This document shows, in pieces, positions 17,003-25,598 of a stretch of DNA of 64,000 nt. The stretch is from contig JBOEGD010000032.1 in the NCBI GenBank assembly GCA_050633245.1, forward strand, positions 1 through 64,000, written 5' to 3'. The position numbers and the translations under genes are program-made. Origin of the DNA: Calditrichia bacterium (lineage in GTDB: Bacteria > Calditrichota > Calditrichia > RBG-13-44-9 > J075). Within the stretch, counting starts at the first letter, position 1. Each line of letters starts with the position of its first letter. Under the pieces are notes generated by a model. The model worked only from the letters and a program-made list of their open reading frames with translations, made no database searches and was not told where the DNA came from.

Positions 17003-18175
17003 ATGAAACAGAAGAGTAACTGGCTGCTGAGAGCATTGTTGATCGCCGGAATTATCTGTGGATTAACGACAATCGGCTTTGCTCAGGCAGAGCGTTCTGA
17101 TAGCAAGCGCAAAACGGAAACCGTAAAGCGTAATAGTGATAAAAAGAAAAAGACGTCCGAAAAGCGCGTTGTAAAGCGCAAGAAGACAGAAGTAACCAAA
17201 CGCAATAATGGTAAGAAGAAAGTTACTGTTGAAAAGCGCGTTGTGCGTCGAGGTAACAGTGATGATAAGCGTGAAAATGCTGAAAAACGCGCGCAAAAGA
17301 AGCGTTATGAAGAGAAAAAACGCGATGATAAAAATCGCACGGTTATCCGCGGTCGTAACGGGAACCGAAATGGGGACCGTGGTAACGTGAACAGACGCGA
17401 CAATCGCAATGGTAATCGCAACGGTAATCGCGGCAACGTTGATAGGCGTAATAATCGTGAAGGTGGATCCGTAAGCGTTGCACCGCAACGGAATAACAAT
17501 CGGAATCAGACGCGGATAAAACGCCGTCGCTTTACGCATCGTAACCATCACAACGTGAATCGACACCATCGCAGCGGCGTAGATGCTTATATTCACATTG
17601 GAAATAATCGTCGCTGGAATAATCACTCTTACTGGAGAAAATACAAGCGTCCGCGTAAAAAGTATTACGCGAAGTATGGTTGGTCTCCGTTCTTTCATCT
17701 GGATCTGTCGCCAAGTATTCGCTTCGGTACCTATACGCGTCCATTAATCTGGAGAAAAACGAACATCGTCTTTACAAAAGAGTATGACCTGTTCGACTAT
17801 CGCCCGGGCGATGCTATTGGCTACTCGGTTCACATAGACTTTAATGGACGTGTGAAAGTATATGATCGCTATTATGATGAAGACCCGATTTTGGCTGAAA
17901 CGTTTTACATTGGAAATAGAAAGCTACGTAAGCTGAACCGAATCCTGAAAAACGGGCGTTATTATCGCGACGGCCACTGTATGCTTGACAACTATGGCGA
18001 TGATGATCATCGCGGGTATGCAACTATCGCCTACCGCAGCTCACGTCACCACCGTCTGCGCAGCGTATCTTTAAACCTGGCTGCCCCGGAAGAGTACTAT
18101 CCGCAATACATGTCTCGCTTCATGGATGAGATTGAAGAAATTTTGTTTGAGAATGACGAAGAATATTGGGACTAA
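17003..18175 (+). CDS. Exported hypothetical protein with a long basic Lys/Arg/Asn/His-rich low-complexity region and a C-terminal globular domain
   Basis: ATG at 17003 after AAGGAG; signal peptide ending GFA; GNRNG repeats; followed by a terminator. Confidence 0.75.
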   Translation: MKQKSNWLLRALLIAGIICGLTTIGFAQAERSDSKRKTETVKRNSDKKKKTSEKRVVKRKKTEVTKRNNGKKKVTVEKRVVRRGNSDDKRENAEKRAQKKRYEEKKRDDKNRTVIRGRNGNRNGDRGNVNRRDNRNGNRNGNRGNVDRRNNREGGSVSVAPQRNNNRNQTRIKRRRFTHRNHHNVNRHHRSGVDAYIHIGNNRRWNNHSYWRKYKRPRKKYYAKYGWSPFFHLDLSPSIRFGTYTRPLIWRKTNIVFTKEYDLFDYRPGDAIGYSVHIDFNGRVKVYDRYYDEDPILAETFYIGNRKLRKLNRILKNGRYYRDGHCMLDNYGDDDHRGYATIAYRSSRHHRLRSVSLNLAAPEEYYPQYMSRFMDEIEEILFENDEEYWD

Positions 18176-18186
18176 ACATCCGAAGT

Positions 18187-18227
18187 AAAAAAGCCCGCTC
18201 CGAATTATCGGAGCGGGCTTTTTTTTT
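18187..18227. terminator. Bidirectional Rho-independent terminator
   Basis: AAAAAAGCCCGCTCCGA-ATTA-TCGGAGCGGGCTTTTTTTTT between convergent genes. Confidence 0.92.
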
Positions 18228-18245
18228 CAAAATTAGTGGAGAAGG

Positions 18246-18734
18246 TTAGTCTTTTTTCAGCTTGGCCTTAATTCGTTTTTCCACTTCCGGCGGTACGAAG
18301 TGCGAAATGTCTCCGTCCAAACTGGCCAGTTCCCGAACAATCGATGAATTCAGGTAGGTATAGCGCTCATGCGGCATCAGAAAAACAGTCGTAATTCCGC
18401 TGAGTTTGCGGTTTACCAAGGCCATTTGCATCTCGTATTCGAAGTCTGAAATAGCGCGTAAACCACGAATTATGGCTCTGGCGTTCTCCTGGGTGGCAAA
18501 GTCGACAATCAACCCCTCAAACGTCTTTATTACCAGTTCAGCTTCGGATTTAAAGTCCTTGGTCACTTCCTTAATCAAATCAATTCGCTCTTCAGCAGAA
18601 AAGAGTGGCGTTTTGCTAGAGTTCTTCGCCACTGTAATCACAATGCGATCAAACAAGCGAGACGCGCGGTCCAGCACGTCGAGATGACCATAAGTGATGG
18701 GATCGAATGTTCCTGGATAAAGGGCAATTTTCAT
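18246..18734 (-). CDS. coaD: Phosphopantetheine adenylyltransferase
   Basis: YPGTFDPITYGH, RGLRAISDFEYE, SSIVREL. Confidence 0.97.
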   Translation of the reverse strand: MKIALYPGTFDPITYGHLDVLDRASRLFDRIVITVAKNSSKTPLFSAEERIDLIKEVTKDFKSEAELVIKTFEGLIVDFATQENARAIIRGLRAISDFEYEMQMALVNRKLSGITTVFLMPHERYTYLNSSIVRELASLDGDISHFVPPEVEKRIKAKLKKD

Positions 18735-18737
18735 GAT

Positions 18738-19280
18738 TTACTTCCTCCGGGCAAATACAATAATACTGCGGTCATACTGCTTTTCGCGAAGTATCTCGCA
18801 GGGAATCGTGCTCCAGTCTATCTGATGAGAACGTTCGTATTCCAACACAAAGATACCGTCATCTGTAAGGTTATTTTTAGCAAACACCAGCGGCAGAAAT
18901 TCATCAAATTTACTCCACTTAAATGGAGGGTCGGCAAAAATCAGCTCGTACGGTGTCGGGTTCTTCTTTAGAAATGGGATAACATCTTTTTGCAGCGTTT
19001 GGTATGGCTCTTCGATGCCTATGCGTTCCAGATTGTTGCGTAATACTTTTAGAGAGCTGTGGGCAAGATCTACAAATGTAATGCTGCCCGCACCACGACT
19101 AAGTGCTTCAATGCCGAGACCACCTGAACCACTAAACATGTCCAGAGTCCGGGCATCGACTGGAAAGTCATCTAGTATTTGAAAAATATATTCTTTGATT
19201 TTAGAAGTCGTCGGACGAATTGAACGATCGCGGGAGGACTGGATTTGCCTTCCGCGATACTTGCCGGCAATGATTCTCAT
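18738..19280 (-). CDS. rsmD: 16S rRNA m2G966 methyltransferase
   Basis: MRIIAGKYRGR, RPT, LDMFSGSGGLGIEALSRGA, IFADPPF; adjacent to coaD. Confidence 0.95.
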   Translation of the reverse strand: MRIIAGKYRGRQIQSSRDRSIRPTTSKIKEYIFQILDDFPVDARTLDMFSGSGGLGIEALSRGAGSITFVDLAHSSLKVLRNNLERIGIEEPYQTLQKDVIPFLKKNPTPYELIFADPPFKWSKFDEFLPLVFAKNNLTDDGIFVLEYERSHQIDWSTIPCEILREKQYDRSIIVFARRK

Positions 19281-19290
19281 AGGAGTATGC

Positions 19291-20481
19291 CTAGTTCGGA
19301 GCCGAAAAGGTCAGGTCGATGCGAGTCTTGATTTTTCCACGTCCCATTCTACCTGTTCCGGTAGAGGGATAGAATCCGGCCTTCGAGATGCTAATCGCCG
19401 GATAATTTTGCCCAAGATCTTCAAGGTAACTAAGCGTATTGCTTTGACTGCCGTGCAGCGTTGCATAGTATGTTCTGGTGCGAAAACCAGAGTTGCTTAT
19501 ATCAGCACCACGAACAAGAAGCTTATTGTAGAGAATATCTACATTATGAGTTTCGGCAAGAGATTTGATTGCGCTTTCGACGTTGGCTGCTTTAATCACT
19601 TCATTGGCAGACGTAGCAGCATTTCGGCGTGGTCTCTCTTTAATTGGAGAAGAGAAGTCGATCATTAGCTGCTGCCCGCTGTCTGTAATGCGATCTTCTT
19701 CTGCCTCAGCGGTTAACAGAACCGAAGGGTAGCTTTTTTTGACGCTCTGGCGAAATTCTGCAATGTCATCACGCGTGTCACCGAGAACGCTCATAAATAG
19801 ATAATTCGGGGTTACAACCAGCAGGCGATAGTTTGCCTGTGCGAGCCCTGCCTTCAGGAAGTTGCCGGCATAGTTTACATTGAAAACATTGTTTGTTGCG
19901 TTCTCAGCATACTTGTCCGCAACATAATCCGGAATGAGGCTGGCAGCGGTTTCATCCGGAATGTTGTCGGGATTCGGGTCAACGACCGGCGTATTGTCAA
20001 CAATGTTGTCAACCGGATCAGGAGCTCCCGGGCCGCTCCACATGGTATAACCCCACCATAACAGGCCGAGCAGTGCGAAAACAGCAGCAGCAATTCCAAC
20101 ATATTTCAGCCAGTTACTGGAGGCATAGCTTTCTTCAAAGTTTCCATGACTCTCGTCATCCTGAAAAACATGTGAATGTTCACGCGTTGGGGATTGTGGC
20201 TGATTAAATGGATTGGGAATAGCCTGAGAAGGATCGCGATCATCGCGATCGTAAACATAGCGTCCACGAGGGTCATTGGCTGAAGGTCGTGGTGGTGCTA
20301 CCGGCGGATCGGACTGCGGGCCCAAATCCAGTGACGGTTCAGCAACTGGAACCTCTTCTTCTTGCTGGAAAAAAGAGAAATCCAGTTCACTTTTAGATAA
20401 ATCCGGAGTTTCTTCAACAGCTTCCGGAGTCGTGACTGCTGTTTGTTGACCTGGAAGATCCAGCAGATTCAGTTTAACCAT
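19291..20481 (-). CDS. Bitopic membrane protein, possible PilN-PilO-like fusion
   Basis: N-terminal KLNLL (cf. the PilN INLL motif), acidic/Pro linker, one TM, two periplasmic alpha/beta segments. Confidence 0.5.
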   Translation of the reverse strand: MVKLNLLDLPGQQTAVTTPEAVEETPDLSKSELDFSFFQQEEEVPVAEPSLDLGPQSDPPVAPPRPSANDPRGRYVYDRDDRDPSQAIPNPFNQPQSPTREHSHVFQDDESHGNFEESYASSNWLKYVGIAAAVFALLGLLWWGYTMWSGPGAPDPVDNIVDNTPVVDPNPDNIPDETAASLIPDYVADKYAENATNNVFNVNYAGNFLKAGLAQANYRLLVVTPNYLFMSVLGDTRDDIAEFRQSVKKSYPSVLLTAEAEEDRITDSGQQLMIDFSSPIKERPRRNAATSANEVIKAANVESAIKSLAETHNVDILYNKLLVRGADISNSGFRTRTYYATLHGSQSNTLSYLEDLGQNYPAISISKAGFYPSTGTGRMGRGKIKTRIDLTFSAPN

Positions 20482-20511
20482 GATTATACGCCTTCAGAAT
20501 ATAAAATAGAC

Positions 20512-21453
20512 TTAGAATATGTGTGATAACGGTTCTACGTATCGATACGCATTTGGTGAATCAAAAGCCGGATCATTCGAAATGATCTGCCATTCTGTTG
20601 TTTCTGCCGGATTCAGGATGCGCAGCGGTACATTTGTTTGGCCCTGCAGGGTTTCCATCAACTCGTCGCGAAATGCGCTGCCAAACAGATAGGCCTGTGC
20701 CGGAGAATAGATCGGCATGCCATTAGGACCAGGTTGTTGAAGCTCTTGAAGGAGCTCGGTAAACGATCCTGCTATATCCTGTGCAGAAATTTGATCGATG
20801 CTTTGAAGGGACTTTAAATACGGTCTGAAAAAATAATCCAGAAATGTCTCTTCATCCGAGATAATGACTTCAAAGCCGTTCTCTGCGAAATTAATCAGCA
20901 AGGATTGACCAATCAGGTTCGGAAAGAAGCGTCGATAAAGTTCATCGATTGTGAAGCAATTCAATCCAATATGAGACAGGCCGAAATTATTTGCTTTTCC
21001 GGCTTGCTGCATATAGACGAGCACTTCCTTGCGAATTGAAACGGTTAACAATTCACGTAGTGATTGTTTTCTGCGCGCATAGTCCGGTTGATAGACGTGA
21101 TATTCCTCGAGTGGACTGGTAAACACGCTATCCAATTCGGTATTGACCATCTCAGCATACATTTCCTGAGGCAGGTAATGATCGACAAGTACTTTACGTA
21201 CCAAGCCTAAGCGAGCCGGCAAGAGGAAACGAACCTCTTGACTACCCAAGTCATTCCTGTCGATTAGTGAGTTGAGATGATTGGCAATACGAACTGCGGT
21301 GGTAGGCTTTTGAACATTGTCGTAATTAATAACGAAGGGAAGTGGACTCTCCACAACCCTTTGTATCGTTACGCTTTGCCCTGAGTTGAGTTCAGCTTGA
21401 ACCCAACACAGGTTGTTCTGCTGAAAGCTGATACTGTTTACGATTTCTCCCAT
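20512..21453 (-). CDS. Cytoplasmic protein, possible divergent PilM/actin-fold protein
   Basis: 313 aa, no TM. Pattern SISFQQNNLCWVQ...LLINFAENGFEVIIS...AYLFG...ILNP resembles the PilM layout; GGAG RBS. Confidence 0.5.
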   Translation of the reverse strand: MGEIVNSISFQQNNLCWVQAELNSGQSVTIQRVVESPLPFVINYDNVQKPTTAVRIANHLNSLIDRNDLGSQEVRFLLPARLGLVRKVLVDHYLPQEMYAEMVNTELDSVFTSPLEEYHVYQPDYARRKQSLRELLTVSIRKEVLVYMQQAGKANNFGLSHIGLNCFTIDELYRRFFPNLIGQSLLINFAENGFEVIISDEETFLDYFFRPYLKSLQSIDQISAQDIAGSFTELLQELQQPGPNGMPIYSPAQAYLFGSAFRDELMETLQGQTNVPLRILNPAETTEWQIISNDPAFDSPNAYRYVEPLSHIF

Positions 21454-21461
21454 AGCTCCCG

Positions 21462-23210
21462 CTATTCAGAATCTTTTGTTTTGTCTTCTTCCCAGCTTCG
21501 CACGTAGTTATTCACGTACCCGTGATTCTCATGCTTGCGGTTGAAAACGCCATAAACCCGTTGCTTGTGACCGTTAAGAACAGTTAGAAGAGCGTTGTTA
21601 ATCTGTGGCCCTGCAGCTGTTAACTTCTCTGCATCACCAGCTTTAAAAGACGACTTCACTTCATCCAACACAGTAAAAACGGTATTAAACTGATCCTGAA
21701 GACTCGGGATCTTTTCTTTAGTACGGTCCGGAAGCTGGCGACTCGGCACGGCGGCGATCAGTGAATCGATTTCGCCAAACTGCCCGCTAAAGTATTGCAT
21801 CCGCTTTTCAATGTCGCGAATATCGCGATTGTTGATGCGGGTTGCCAACGTATCCATCGGATTTAAAATTTCTTCAATAGAAGGTTTCAATACCGACAGT
21901 TGTTTGCTGGTCATTGCGGTCTTAACAAAGTCCTGCATTTGGCTCATGTAGCGAAAGCCTAATACATTGTCAAGATCCTTTATCTCAGCGCCAACTTCCT
22001 TCATCTTCAGGATGACACCACTAAACTTATTCAATTTGAAATCGGTCTTTGTTGTATTCATCACATTAATCGTGCTGTCTAAATTAGCCAGCAACAAATT
22101 AGTGGATGGATAGAAGGCTAAATTCTCGAGCGGCTTGACAATGGATTTGATCTCGGAAGAGAAGTCATCCATCAGATTTGGAGACTCTACCGTAACGTTT
22201 GCATTGCCGTCTGCATAGGAGACGAGGTAGCGTTGCTCGCCGTCGGTATCGTCTGGATCGAAGAAGTTCTCGCGGGTCAGTTTAACCAGAATAGAGTCGG
22301 TTTCACTGAGGCTTAACAGGGCACGATTTTGAGTAACAAGAAAATTGTCCTGATTGATAAAATTATCGCGAATTTTACTCAATGCCTGAAAATGAGTGCC
22401 GAGTAATCTTTGATCGTTACCGGAATTGGCACCGTTAAAAGCTGTTACCGCATTGCCGATACGATCGATAAACTTTCCTAATCTATCTGCAACAGTCGTT
22501 TTGGTCAGGAGTGCCTCGTTGCTTTTGATATCTCTGATAAAGGTTGCAATCTTACCGCTCTGGGTTGTCCAGAAGTTGCTCATCGCCTGCTTCTCGGTCG
22601 AAGCCATATAGACTTTAAGTGAGTCGGTATAGCGCTGAGCTCGTAGAGAGGTTGTCTGAAGATCATAGTCTTCTATTCGGTCACGCAGTTCGAACAGGCT
22701 GTCCAAATACGTTTTTGCGAGAACAAAATTCGGGAAGTCTGCACTGTCCTCAAAGCGACGCATACTTGTTGCAATATCTTCCTGCTGTTTCTTCAGATTC
22801 TCATCGGTCTTAAAGTAGCGGGCATTAAACTTCAGATCGCTGTTAATCTCGGAGATCGACTGAGAAATAGGAAGCATTGCTGCCAATGTTGGTACGGATA
22901 ACACGTTGGAGATCTGATCGAAGAGGCTGTTGGTCAAGTTGCCAACCGTCTTGCGAACGCTCAATATGCTGTCTGAGGCGATAAAGCTCAACAGGTTTTC
23001 TAAAGAGTCGGTCGGTACAAACCTGTTGGTTTGCTTGTGATGAAAACGCTGTGCTTCGTGAATCGATACCATGTTCTGCTGGCTTTGTTCCCGCCACTCA
23101 TCTTCCTGGCTCCAGATCGTGGACGGAATAGTGATTGCTGCCCACAAGCCCAATGCTGCGATAACAATGAGTGCTTTTAGAACAAGGGATCCTTTTTCTT
23201 GAGACGCCAT
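21462..23210 (-). CDS. Large helical exported or membrane-anchored protein with a prepilin-like N-terminus
   Basis: ATG at 23210 after GGAGGAGG; MASQEKG|SLVLKALIVIAALGLWAAITIP followed by a long amphipathic-helical body. Confidence 0.6.
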   Translation of the reverse strand: MASQEKGSLVLKALIVIAALGLWAAITIPSTIWSQEDEWREQSQQNMVSIHEAQRFHHKQTNRFVPTDSLENLLSFIASDSILSVRKTVGNLTNSLFDQISNVLSVPTLAAMLPISQSISEINSDLKFNARYFKTDENLKKQQEDIATSMRRFEDSADFPNFVLAKTYLDSLFELRDRIEDYDLQTTSLRAQRYTDSLKVYMASTEKQAMSNFWTTQSGKIATFIRDIKSNEALLTKTTVADRLGKFIDRIGNAVTAFNGANSGNDQRLLGTHFQALSKIRDNFINQDNFLVTQNRALLSLSETDSILVKLTRENFFDPDDTDGEQRYLVSYADGNANVTVESPNLMDDFSSEIKSIVKPLENLAFYPSTNLLLANLDSTINVMNTTKTDFKLNKFSGVILKMKEVGAEIKDLDNVLGFRYMSQMQDFVKTAMTSKQLSVLKPSIEEILNPMDTLATRINNRDIRDIEKRMQYFSGQFGEIDSLIAAVPSRQLPDRTKEKIPSLQDQFNTVFTVLDEVKSSFKAGDAEKLTAAGPQINNALLTVLNGHKQRVYGVFNRKHENHGYVNNYVRSWEEDKTKDSE

Positions 23211-23493
23211 GCCTCCTCCGATGCTTGATAATGAAAAAGTAACTTCGTTGTCTGTTTTCTTCTGTTTGGTCCGGGGAATTCTACGGTAGAGACGCCCGGA
23301 ACTAGAGATGTTAACAAAATAAGGAGAAAATGTCAATTTTTTTTGAAATATTAGCCGGATGTCACAAACATTTTTATGCCTTTGTTAATTTGTTACTTAC
23401 GCAGGCGTTCAACTTGTAGCCGTACAGTTTTTTTTCACAACTATTGGTCGATTTTCGCGTGGTGTGAAAACGTGACGTGTAAGTGAGGGGGGA

Positions 23494-24267
23494 TCATGCT
23501 CCAAGGTCGTGTAAAAAGGCTTCGCATTCCGCGAAAATCTGTGCGCGATCTACATCTACGCTAATAACGTGGTAGGAATCATCCAGCACTAGCAAGCGCT
23601 GCTTGGAAGAGCGGATAGCAGATGCAATATAATGCACGTTCTCGACCGTAATAGTGTGGTCGCGATTGCTGTGGACAAGCAGGGCAGGACAGGTGATGTT
23701 TGGCAGCTCTTTTTTGACTGAAGCGATAAGAATCAAAAACTCTTCAAGGCTGTTTAGCGGATATTTGGGATATGAAACACTGTCTGCTTTAGCCTGTTTG
23801 TCCCGGATATCCGGGCCTTTCGACTTATGTTGAAATGTAATCAAACGCTTGGCTACAGGTAGAAAACGCAGTCTCCAATCTTTTAAGAAAATTGCCGCAG
23901 CCATGGTAATAACGCCATCTACCGGGAAATTGGCAGCGATATGTAGTGCAAGTGCTCCGCCCATCGATTGGCCGCAAACGATAATGCGCTTATAGCGTTT
24001 TGCCATTTCTTTATACGCTTTTGCGGCTGCATCAAGCCAGAGCGTGTGTGTAACATCGAACAGGTCTTCCGGCTTTGTGCCGTGCCCCGGCAGAAGCGGC
24101 ACTGATACACCATAGCCAAGTTTGCAGAAGTGCTCGGCGAAACGACTGCCCTCGTAGGGCGAGCCGGTATAGCCATGAAAAAACAACAGGCCTGTTTCTC
24201 CCTGCTCACAGGAAATGGGCTCGGCACCCTTCAAAATAGTGGGTTTGTCTTCACTTGATGAGTTCAC
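23494..24267 (-). CDS. Carboxylesterase/lipase (alpha/beta hydrolase)
   Basis: HGYTG oxyanion motif, LPGHG, GQSMGG nucleophile, catalytic D (RDH) and H (SYHV). Confidence 0.9.
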   Translation of the reverse strand: MNSSSEDKPTILKGAEPISCEQGETGLLFFHGYTGSPYEGSRFAEHFCKLGYGVSVPLLPGHGTKPEDLFDVTHTLWLDAAAKAYKEMAKRYKRIIVCGQSMGGALALHIAANFPVDGVITMAAAIFLKDWRLRFLPVAKRLITFQHKSKGPDIRDKQAKADSVSYPKYPLNSLEEFLILIASVKKELPNITCPALLVHSNRDHTITVENVHYIASAIRSSKQRLLVLDDSYHVISVDVDRAQIFAECEAFLHDLGA

Positions 24268-25313
24268 TGGCGAGATTCCATAGTTGTGCTTATCTGTTGT
24301 CCATCTGTGTTAGAGGCAACCAGTTTATGTTTAACCATCGCCTCCGCAATTTGTACGGTATTGGTCGCAGCTCCCTTACGCAGGTTGTCGCTTACCACCC
24401 ACATATTCAAGCCACTCGCGAGTGAAGCATCCCGCCTGAGACGTCCGACAAAGACCGCATCGCTATCGGCAGCCTCTATTGGCATGGGATAGCGATTGTC
24501 TGCCGGGCTGTCGACAACCACAATGCCGGGGGCATTTTCCAGGGCGCTGTGAATATCTGCCATCTGAAAGGGCTTATCGAACTCGATGTTGATAGACTCT
24601 GAATGCCCGCCGGTAACCGGAATACGCGCACATGTTGGACTGATGAGCAGTTGCGGCAAGTCCATAATTTTTCGCGTTTCATCAATCATTTTATGCTCTT
24701 CACGTGTGTAGTCATCGTCAAAAAAACGATCGATATGTGGAAGGCAATTGTTGGCAATAGGATGCGGATAAGCCGGGTCGGCGGCGCTTTCGCCGCTTCG
24801 TTCCAACCGAAGTTGTTCAACAGCTTTTTTTCCGCTTCCCGTTACCCCCTGATAAGTTGAAACGACAATTCTGCGTAATCCAAATTTGCGCAGAGGTTGA
24901 AGCGCTACAACCATTTGGATGGTTGAACAGTTTGGATTTGCAACAATGCCACTGTGTTTTTGCAAGGCTTGTGCGTTTACCTCTGGCACAACCAGGGGCA
25001 CATTTTTATCCATTCGCCATGCACTCGAGTTATCGATCACGATTGCGTCTTCAGCGGCCGCAACCGGGGCAAATGATGTGCTGATATCACCACCTGCCGA
25101 GAAAAGTGCAAAGTGAATACCCGCAAAGCTTTCGCGAGTCAGCTCTTCAACCATCACTTCACTCTCACCGAAAAATAGCGTTTTTCCGGCAGATGCGGCA
25201 GATGCCAATGGAAGCAAACGGTCGACTGGAAAGTCGCGTTCTTGAAGGATTTGCAGCATCTTTCGCCCAACCAGTCCGGTTGCTCCTACGACTGCTACAT
25301 TGTATTTTTTCAT
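24264..25313 (-). CDS. asd: Aspartate-semialdehyde dehydrogenase
   Basis: VGATGLVG, IDNSSAWRM, ANPNCST, DNLRKGAATN. Confidence 0.97.
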   Translation of the reverse strand: MKKYNVAVVGATGLVGRKMLQILQERDFPVDRLLPLASAASAGKTLFFGESEVMVEELTRESFAGIHFALFSAGGDISTSFAPVAAAEDAIVIDNSSAWRMDKNVPLVVPEVNAQALQKHSGIVANPNCSTIQMVVALQPLRKFGLRRIVVSTYQGVTGSGKKAVEQLRLERSGESAADPAYPHPIANNCLPHIDRFFDDDYTREEHKMIDETRKIMDLPQLLISPTCARIPVTGGHSESINIEFDKPFQMADIHSALENAPGIVVVDSPADNRYPMPIEAADSDAVFVGRLRRDASLASGLNMWVVSDNLRKGAATNTVQIAEAMVKHKLVASNTDGQQISTTMESRQ

Positions 25314-25598
25314 CGGAGATCCTTTGCCGTCTTTCTACAGCTCATCGCAATGTAACACCATCTTCTTTCCTAAAAAACCAGCAATTTTTGAAATAGTTCA
25401 AAAATAGAGGGGAGTCACAGCTATAGAAGTTGGTTCTGATACTTTGTTCCAGAGAGCAGGCGTCAGGGGTATTACCGAGTGCCGACTGCCGGTTCAACTG
25501 AGAAAAATATTTAGTCTGGAGAACCAGAAAGAACAAAACGTATAAAAGTTGGTTCACAAATAGAAAATACGTACCTTTTATATTGTGTCGTAAGTAGC

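Noticed and set aside
17063-17698. 211-aa hydrophobic antisense ORF
   Set aside because: Mirror of the Lys/Arg/Asn-rich + strand gene, which has an RBS, signal peptide and terminator.
23270-23300. TCCGGG...TCTAC-G-GTAGA...CCCGGA hairpin containing GTAGAGACGC
   Set aside because: Short and interrupted, and only half a REP; not enough to call.
25314-25598. Lysine riboswitch upstream of asd, or 6S RNA
   Set aside because: The AGAGG-like start lies on the wrong strand for asd, and no continuous long 6S-type hairpin could be traced.
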